Below are positions 57,832 through 64,000 of a DNA stretch of 64,000 nucleotides, piece after piece; position 1 is the first letter of the stretch, and each line of letters begins with the position of its first letter. Under the pieces are notes generated by a model. It was given only the letters and a program-made list of their open reading frames with translations. It ran no database searches and was not told where the DNA came from. Origin of the DNA: a virus; IMG/VR virus record IMGVR_UViG_3300010885_023630, positions 1 to 64,000 of that record. The stretch is one strand, 5' to 3'. Made by a program: the position numbers and the translations under genes.

Positions 57832-59010
57832 ATGACACAAGCATTATTAGAAAGCCGTTGGGGCGAAACCAAAGACGCTCTGCTAGAAGGCTTACAAGGT
57901 TCGAAGAGAACTACAATGGGTGTAATCTTAGAAAACACTCGTAAAATGTTAGCTGAAAACGCAACAACAGGTTCAACACAAGCAGGTAACGTAGCAACAC
58001 TTAACCGTGTTATTCTACCAGTTATCCGTCGTGTTATGCCTACAGTTATCGCTAACGAAATCGTTGGTGTACAACCAATGACTGGCCCAGTTGCTCAAAT
58101 CCACACATTACGTGTACGTTATGCTGATTCTGTTACAGATTCAAGCTCATACTCTACAAGTACTGCCGCTGGTGATGAAGCACTAAGCCCGTTCAAGATT
58201 GCTGTTGCTTACTCAGGTAGCAACGCAACTGGTCAAGCTACTAGCACAGCCGCATTAGAAGGCGTAGCTGGTAACAAGATCAACGTTCAAATCTTGAAAC
58301 AAGTTGTTGAAGCTAAGACACGTAAGTTGTCAGCTCGTTGGACATTTGAAGCCGCTCAAGACGCACAGTCTATGCACGGTTTAGATGTTGAAGCTGAAAT
58401 TATGGCTGCTTTAGCACAAGAAATCACAGTTGAAATCGACCAAGAAATCCTAGGCTCTTTACGTGCCTTGGCTGCAACAGACTACACATTTGACCAGTCT
58501 GCTGTTTCTGGTACAGCTACATTCGTTGGTGATGAGCATGCCGCATTGGCAGTTCTAGTCAACCGTACTGCTAACTTGATCGCTCAGCGCACACGTCGTG
58601 GTGCTGGTAACTGGGCAGTTGTTAGTCCAGCTGCATTAACAGTACTACAAAGTGCTACAACTTCAGCATTTGCTCGTACAACAGAAGGTACTTTCGAAGC
58701 TCCTACAAACACTAAGTTTGTTGGTACATTGAACGGTGCTATGAAGATTTATGTTGACGGTTATGCTAACGACAGCCAAGCTGTTCTAGTTGGATACAAA
58801 GGTTCTAGCGAGGCAGATGCTGCAGCGTTCTATTGCCCATACATTCCATTGATGAGCTCTGGTGTTGTATTAGATCCACAAACATTTGAACCAGTCGTAT
58901 CATTTATGACACGTTATGGATATGTTGAGTTAACAAACACAGCATCATCTTTAGGTAACGCTGGTGACTATGTTGGTGAAATCGCAGTAGCTAACTTATC
59001 TTTCCAATAA
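57832..59010 (+). CDS. gp23: Major capsid protein
   Basis: IRRVMPTVIANEIVGVQPMTGP, VEAKTRKLSARWTFEAAQD, EITVEIDQEI, FYCPYIPL, FMTRYG. Confidence 0.97.
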   Translation: MTQALLESRWGETKDALLEGLQGSKRTTMGVILENTRKMLAENATTGSTQAGNVATLNRVILPVIRRVMPTVIANEIVGVQPMTGPVAQIHTLRVRYADSVTDSSSYSTSTAAGDEALSPFKIAVAYSGSNATGQATSTAALEGVAGNKINVQILKQVVEAKTRKLSARWTFEAAQDAQSMHGLDVEAEIMAALAQEITVEIDQEILGSLRALAATDYTFDQSAVSGTATFVGDEHAALAVLVNRTANLIAQRTRRGAGNWAVVSPAALTVLQSATTSAFARTTEGTFEAPTNTKFVGTLNGAMKIYVDGYANDSQAVLVGYKGSSEADAAAFYCPYIPLMSSGVVLDPQTFEPVVSFMTRYGYVELTNTASSLGNAGDYVGEIAVANLSFQ

Positions 59011-59067
59011 TCAAGACTGAACTTGATTTAACGAAAGTTAAAACACAACCCAGGGATGGGAAGGCAG

Positions 59068-59091
59068 AAAAGGACCGAAGGGTCCTTTTTT
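59068..59091 (+). terminator. Intrinsic terminator after gp23
   Basis: AAAAGGACC-GAAG-GGTCCTTTTTT. Confidence 0.85.
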
Positions 59092-59131
59092 GTTGGCCGC
59101 AAATAAATACATAATAACAAGGAACCATAAT

Positions 59132-59422
59132 ATGGCCGCACCAGCACAAACAGCACAAAAAACAAAAGTATCAAGTACACCAACTACAGTCAAAGCCGGG
59201 CCAATGACAAAAGTAGCTAACCCTACACCAGCAACCAAAATTGGAACAGCAGTGACAACAGGCGGAGCCGCAGGACATGCCGGTGTTGGCGCAGTGGCCG
59301 GAAGAGCAGATTATACTGCTAGTAATTCTATAACTACACTACAAACAGCCAAACCTGCCAAAGTAACAACAACATCGCCCACAGTAGCAAAAACTACCAA
59401 CAGAGACAAAAGCTATCTATAA
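59132..59422 (+). CDS. Small basic Thr/Ala-rich protein in its own late transcription unit
   Basis: AATAAATA late motif, AAGGA RBS, ATG at 59132, followed by a terminator. Confidence 0.65.
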   Translation: MAAPAQTAQKTKVSSTPTTVKAGPMTKVANPTPATKIGTAVTTGGAAGHAGVGAVAGRADYTASNSITTLQTAKPAKVTTTSPTVAKTTNRDKSYL

Positions 59423-59438
59423 TATATTTTTACGAAAT

Positions 59439-59463
59439 AAAAAGGCTCTTTGGAGCCTTTTTT
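59439..59463 (+). terminator. Intrinsic terminator
   Basis: AAAAGGCTC-TTTG-GAGCCTTTTTT. Confidence 0.85.
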
Positions 59464-59480
59464 GTTGACTAAGTAAATGT

Positions 59481-60176
59481 ATGAAAACTCTAATAGTAGG
59501 GTTTGGTGATAGTTGGACTTTTGGATCTGAATTAGATCGCCCACAAGAACAAAGTTGGGTAGCACAACTAGCTTCCAAACTTGATTGTGAACACGTTAAT
59601 CAAAGTTGCCCAGCAAGTAGCATTGGGCATTTAACCGTACAACTATTTGATTTTATTAAAAAAGACTATACAGATTATAAAAAAATCTTTATGGTTGGAC
59701 TATCTGGATCAACACGATACTTAACCTACAATAATTCTCGTAACGAGTTTGCTAACATAACACCCGACACAGTTTATAGCACTAGCGATATATACCCAAA
59801 CGGACAACCTCCGCAAACATTAGATCATATGCGTGAGCTATTAAAACAAACGTATATGTATGTTGAGCATACAGAGTACAATAAATTTTTAGCAACGCAA
59901 ACAATATTCTTATTTCAACAATATTGTTATCAACACAATATTGATGTAGTCTTTTTTAGTTACTTTGATAAAATTAATTTTGATAAAGAATTAGTTAATA
60001 CAGATATAATATATCCTACCAGCATAACACAAGCATTAACTGGCAGTGAGTATTCGCAAGAAACAATGACACATGAGTATTTTTTGGGCAAATTGTTTCA
60101 TCCAAACATCGCAGGTCATGCTAAAATAGCAGAACTATTAAAAGATTATTATGACAGCAATTATCCAGGGAATTGA
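59481..60176 (+). CDS. SGNH/GDSL hydrolase-like protein
   Basis: FGDSWTFG block I and C-terminal FHPNIAGH block V. Confidence 0.7.
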   Translation: MKTLIVGFGDSWTFGSELDRPQEQSWVAQLASKLDCEHVNQSCPASSIGHLTVQLFDFIKKDYTDYKKIFMVGLSGSTRYLTYNNSRNEFANITPDTVYSTSDIYPNGQPPQTLDHMRELLKQTYMYVEHTEYNKFLATQTIFLFQQYCYQHNIDVVFFSYFDKINFDKELVNTDIIYPTSITQALTGSEYSQETMTHEYFLGKLFHPNIAGHAKIAELLKDYYDSNYPGN

Positions 60177-61125
60177 AGGCGACGACCTTTCTTTTCACAT
60201 TCGATTATTAGGCAACGACATTAATCGTCTACCCAACGATGTTTGGTTTTACCCATTAAATGATCATTACAATATACACAGCGCATCTTGGCACGATGCC
60301 CAGGTAGAACAGATTAATCGTGCTCGTACTGTGGTATTTTATGATTTGGTTAATACTGGCGACTACGAACACAGCAGGTTTGTGAAATTTGTTGAAGAAT
60401 TTGAACACCCTAACAAGTATTATCTAACAGTAAACCAAAGTAACATAGAAATACCTGACGTTAAAATAATACAGTGGGACTTTATGTGGAATAGAATAAA
60501 AGCATATTATACAGCATCTATACCCGAAGAATTACACTTACATCATTACAGTTACGGTAACTATAAGTTATTTGATTTAGACTTTAATAGTCTTAGAAAT
60601 AAAAAGTTTTTGTCAATGACAGGTAGAGAATATGGATATCGCACACACCTATACAACTTTGTAAAAGATTACGATGGTTATATATCTAATAGAAGTTTAG
60701 GGATTACATTAGAGAACACAGAAGTCATGGGTGCGTTTAATCCTGTACCTAATAATTTTTATCTAGACAGTTATTTTAGTTTTTATGTTGAAAGTAATTG
60801 TCAACAACAAAATTTAATACACATAACAGAAAAAACATTTGAGCCTTTGATTAAAGGACATTTTATATTGCCTGTGAGTAACCCTGGTACTATAAGACGC
60901 TTACGTGATTTAGGGTTTGCGTTTCCTAAATTTATTGATTATAGTTTTGATGAAGAACTAGATACAGTTCAACGTTTTGAGTTAATTAAGTTAGAATTTA
61001 AACGCCTATTAGATCTAGATTGGCACACGCTATATAAAGACAACCAAGACATATTAATACATAATCAACGCTGTATATTTTCTATACCATACGATCGCAG
61101 ACTACTGGAAATTTTTAATGTATAA
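60151..61125 (+). CDS. Putative glycosyltransferase-like protein (GT10-like C-terminus)
   Basis: KKFLSM..YR..SFYVES..HITEKTFEPL..LRDLGF..IDYSFD resembles the fucosyltransferase-type xTEK motif. Confidence 0.45.
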   Translation: MTAIIQGIEGDDLSFHIRLLGNDINRLPNDVWFYPLNDHYNIHSASWHDAQVEQINRARTVVFYDLVNTGDYEHSRFVKFVEEFEHPNKYYLTVNQSNIEIPDVKIIQWDFMWNRIKAYYTASIPEELHLHHYSYGNYKLFDLDFNSLRNKKFLSMTGREYGYRTHLYNFVKDYDGYISNRSLGITLENTEVMGAFNPVPNNFYLDSYFSFYVESNCQQQNLIHITEKTFEPLIKGHFILPVSNPGTIRRLRDLGFAFPKFIDYSFDEELDTVQRFELIKLEFKRLLDLDWHTLYKDNQDILIHNQRCIFSIPYDRRLLEIFNV

Positions 61126-62020
61126 ATTTTATAACAATTTGTCTTTTGAACAAGCAATAGACCATAAACAACAAAACTGGAACATTGATGATCCATACAG
61201 CTACAGATGCTGGTACGAAGAAGATGTAACAGAAAAAGAAATATTAGTAATTACTGTTGGTGATAGTTGGACCTGGGGAGACCATTTGGGTGTAATAGAC
61301 TGGGACAAAGCCAGCAATGACCCTTGTAGAATGGAAGAAATAGCAGGGCGAGTATTAAGTAATCGTATGAGAGCCGACTGGGTTAATATTGCTCGCCCTG
61401 GTTGTAGTAACTATTGGATGATAGAACAATTAATAAACATAGAAGATCACTTACATCGTGTGCGTAACAAATACAAACAAATTTATGTAGTTGTAACATT
61501 AACAGAAGACTTGCGAGAATCAACTTACGCCAGGCGTATTAATGTTGATAAACCTTATCAAGAGTTTTGGGATAACAGCAATAGTATTAAAGAATTTTTA
61601 GTAAAAGTTGAAGGTTACTTGTTTTATAACTTAGAAGAATTCTTTAAACGTGTGCCGTTTGTTAACGCAAAAGTTAGTCGAGCATTTACTGATGTTTGGC
61701 TAGAAAATACCAGCCCGTTGTTATTAGAAAAAACCTGGTGTGATGTAATACAAGATAATATACAGTTTGACCGCTATTGGAAACCAGTTCCGTTTGTGGG
61801 ACAAATGGCTATAGATCCATTGAATGAAAAGTTTATGTCGCAGTTGTCGGGGCAACGTGAATTAAGATATAAGGAAGAATTCTTAGATATAATGGATCGG
61901 GTAGGTCGTAGATGGAACTTTTTAGGAGCCAGTGACTACAACTTAAAAGGCAGTACGTATCACCCAAATGCCGCAGGGCACCGACTTTGGGGAGATTATC
62001 TTTATGTACATATTAGGTAA
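61118..62020 (+). CDS. SGNH/GDSL hydrolase-like protein
   Basis: VGDSWTWG, NIARPGCSN and YHPNAAGH. Confidence 0.7.
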   Translation: MYKFYNNLSFEQAIDHKQQNWNIDDPYSYRCWYEEDVTEKEILVITVGDSWTWGDHLGVIDWDKASNDPCRMEEIAGRVLSNRMRADWVNIARPGCSNYWMIEQLINIEDHLHRVRNKYKQIYVVVTLTEDLRESTYARRINVDKPYQEFWDNSNSIKEFLVKVEGYLFYNLEEFFKRVPFVNAKVSRAFTDVWLENTSPLLLEKTWCDVIQDNIQFDRYWKPVPFVGQMAIDPLNEKFMSQLSGQRELRYKEEFLDIMDRVGRRWNFLGASDYNLKGSTYHPNAAGHRLWGDYLYVHIR

Positions 62021-62105
62021 ATACTTTGTTCACTCAAAATGAGTAACTCTTGTCGGTACCAAACCGCGGGTAGCCTAGAACGCTAAAATTAAAGGAGAAA
62101 TTAAA

Positions 62106-62546
62106 ATGGCAAAATTAAAAATCGCATCTAAAGAATCAAACGGCACATTACATGATCAAGACTCACCGGGCGTGGGTGGCGGTACAGGTGGTGCTAGTCA
62201 AGCAATTACAACCACTGGTGTAAAAACAATCAAGGTTGCATATAACACCGCGGCAAATACTCAAATTGCCAATGGTTATATCACAGCACAAAAAGGTGCT
62301 CACAAGTTCCGCGTAGTTGATCAATCGGTAGCTAACGCTACCACAGTTACATTGGTAAACACAGCAGTAGCCAATTTAAGAACAGCCAATCAAGGCACCA
62401 TTACCGGTTACAACACAAGTAATGTAGCATTTAACGCAACTCGTATTACTAACAAATTTGTTTACGATTTTGCTGGTAACAAAATGCGTTATGTATTAAG
62501 CCCATTGGTAGCCGGTAACGGTTTCGCTAACGTAGCTTCATACTAA
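62106..62546 (+). CDS. Virion structural protein (146 aa)
   Basis: GGTAAATA late motif about 80 nt upstream, AAGGAG RBS and its own terminator. Confidence 0.65.
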   Translation: MAKLKIASKESNGTLHDQDSPGVGGGTGGASQAITTTGVKTIKVAYNTAANTQIANGYITAQKGAHKFRVVDQSVANATTVTLVNTAVANLRTANQGTITGYNTSNVAFNATRITNKFVYDFAGNKMRYVLSPLVAGNGFANVASY

Positions 62547-62567
62547 TCTAATTTAGATTTGGATAAT

Positions 62568-62590
62568 TAAACCCGCTTCGGCGGGTTTTT
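62568..62590 (+). terminator. Intrinsic terminator
   Basis: AAACCCGC-TTCG-GCGGGTTTTT. Confidence 0.9.
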
Positions 62591-62647
62591 CATTGATTTA
62601 AGCATAAGATTCAAACAGCATAAATACTACATAAACAGGATACTTAA

Positions 62648-63184
62648 ATGAGTACGACTAAGAGAATTTCCGGCGATTATAACTTACAAACGCTAAATCC
62701 AACTGATAAGATCAACATCACTAGTAGTGCTGTTACAATCAACGGCAATTTGTTTGTTACTGGTAATAGCCAAAGCGTAGTAACTACAAATAGTGCCATT
62801 AGTGATCACGTCATTGTGTTAAATCACGGGTTAAGCAACGATGCGGATCCAAATCCGCTAGGCGCCGCGATTGAAGTAGATCGTGGAACTCGAGCTAACG
62901 TACAAATTCGTTGGAACGAAGGGTTGACTCGTTGGGAGTTATCTAACGATGGATCAAGCTATAGTAAAATTATTACTAGCGGCTCGATGGAAAATGCCAA
63001 CGTAAATATCACTGGGTATACAATTTATGACGCAACTGCCAATGTGGCGTTGTACGCAAATACAGTAGCCGGCGGAGGGTCTGGATTATTTGTTAACACA
63101 GGTACAACTCAACCAAACGTTGCTACCAAACAAGAATTAATTACCAAGAGCCGAGCTCTTGCTTTCAGCCTTATTTTAGGATAG
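62648..63184 (+). CDS. Virion structural protein
   Basis: CATAAATA late motif and AGGA RBS; INGNLFVTG..IEVDRG..IRWNE beta-rich fibre-like sequence. Confidence 0.6.
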   Translation: MSTTKRISGDYNLQTLNPTDKINITSSAVTINGNLFVTGNSQSVVTTNSAISDHVIVLNHGLSNDADPNPLGAAIEVDRGTRANVQIRWNEGLTRWELSNDGSSYSKIITSGSMENANVNITGYTIYDATANVALYANTVAGGGSGLFVNTGTTQPNVATKQELITKSRALAFSLILG

Positions 63185-63194
63185 GATTATTTAA

Positions 63195-63509
63195 ATGGCA
63201 TTCACTAATACATCAGTAACTACAACAGCTGGTTCAATCTATACCGCATCTAGCGCAAGCGGAAGTATTATTACAACAATTCATTTGTGTAACTATACCA
63301 ACACACCTGTAACAGCAAATATCTACGCTGTACAGAACGGTGGAACACCAAATAACAGTTCTATCATTTATTCAAATGTCAGTATAACCGCATACAATAC
63401 ATTGATCATTAATACAGAAAAATTTATTTTAGAGGCAGGCGATAAGATTTATGCTAACGTAAGCGCAAACGCTAGTGTAACAGCAACAGTGAGCGCATAC
63501 GGAATTTAA
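63195..63509 (+). CDS. Small beta-rich virion protein
   Basis: AGGA RBS; IHLCNYT..EKFILEAGDKIYA. Confidence 0.6.
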   Translation: MAFTNTSVTTTAGSIYTASSASGSIITTIHLCNYTNTPVTANIYAVQNGGTPNNSSIIYSNVSITAYNTLIINTEKFILEAGDKIYANVSANASVTATVSAYGI

Positions 63510-63511
63510 CG

Positions 63512-63937
63512 ATGGCACGATTTCTTAAGAACCCAGACCTAGCACCGGGTACCTTGGCGGCCAAACTTCCTATTGCTGGCAATGCCCTAGGCGATGCGCC
63601 AATTACTGGTCTAATCAGATTTAACCAGGACAATAATAGAATTGAATTTTATTACAACAATCAATGGAATCAAGTTGCCAAGATTGGCACAGTACAATTG
63701 GTTGTAGACGACCTAGTAGGTGATGGTACGCAACAAGTATTCCATATGGCACAGGCAGAATCGGATCCTAAAGCTATAGCAGTATTCATTGGTGGCGTTT
63801 ACCAACAACCTAATACCAATTATACGGTCAATGGAACTGAGTACATTACTTTTACTAGCCCGCCACCAGTACCATCTGGTATTAGTCCAAACAGAATTAC
63901 TATAATTCATAATATTAATAGTACCAACGCTACCTAG
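63512..63937 (+). CDS. Virion structural protein
   Basis: GLIRFNQD..IEFY and GDGTQQVF..VFIGGVYQQP..YTV..ITFTSPPP repeat module common in large-phage virion proteins. Confidence 0.6.
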   Translation: MARFLKNPDLAPGTLAAKLPIAGNALGDAPITGLIRFNQDNNRIEFYYNNQWNQVAKIGTVQLVVDDLVGDGTQQVFHMAQAESDPKAIAVFIGGVYQQPNTNYTVNGTEYITFTSPPPVPSGISPNRITIIHNINSTNAT

Positions 63938-63945
63938 GAGCTCGA

Positions 63946-64000
63946 ATGGCAATCGGACGCATTACCGGACCAATGCTATACGGCAACCTGGAACGTCAGG
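63946..64000 (+). CDS. Start of the next gene (MAIGRITGPMLYGNLERQ...), truncated by the window end
   Basis: AGGAG RBS followed by ATG at 63946; open to the window end. Confidence 0.6.
   Translation, partial: MAIGRITGPMLYGNLERQ

Noticed and set aside
891-63952. Many short ORFs antisense to or nested in long genes (e.g. 15399..15731, 27914..28237, 44474..44860, 55251..55619)
   Set aside because: They overlap well-supported genes and show no recognisable motifs; they are expected shadow ORFs.
1-64000. Stop-codon reassignment, as seen in some large phages
   Set aside because: Standard-code ORFs tile the window densely, conserved genes are full-length, and TAA, TAG and TGA all end genes.

Overview
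This 64 kb window is from a large T4-like (Tevenvirinae/Kyanoviridae-type) myovirus genome read in the standard genetic code. 1-37.9 kb (minus strand): radical SAM and glycosyltransferase-like genes, several tail-fibre-like genes, a 3806-aa baseplate protein, and gp6, gp25, gp5 and gp53-like genes. 37.9-48.3 kb (plus): gp55 late sigma factor, gp47 and gp46 split by an adenylation enzyme / Bug-TctC / adenylation enzyme insert, two more radical SAM genes and a GIY-YIG nuclease. 48.3-48.85 kb: about 530 nt of hairpin-dense non-coding DNA. 48.9-50.3 kb (minus): a gp26/gp51-like chaperone pair joined by a slippery heptamer. 50.3-64 kb (plus): tape measure protein, head module gp20-gp21-gp22-gp23, SGNH/GT-like genes and virion genes. 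The most unusual signals are (1) a glycine-rich tail-fibre domain that appears split over two genes, each half ending in a near-identical poly-Gly-KIICT-transmembrane module followed by a small paralogous partner gene, (2) the structured non-coding region after the GIY-YIG gene, (3) a candidate -1 programmed frameshift in the tail chaperone, and (4) the ANL-Bug-ANL insert. All family assignments come from motif recognition by eye; no database searches were run.
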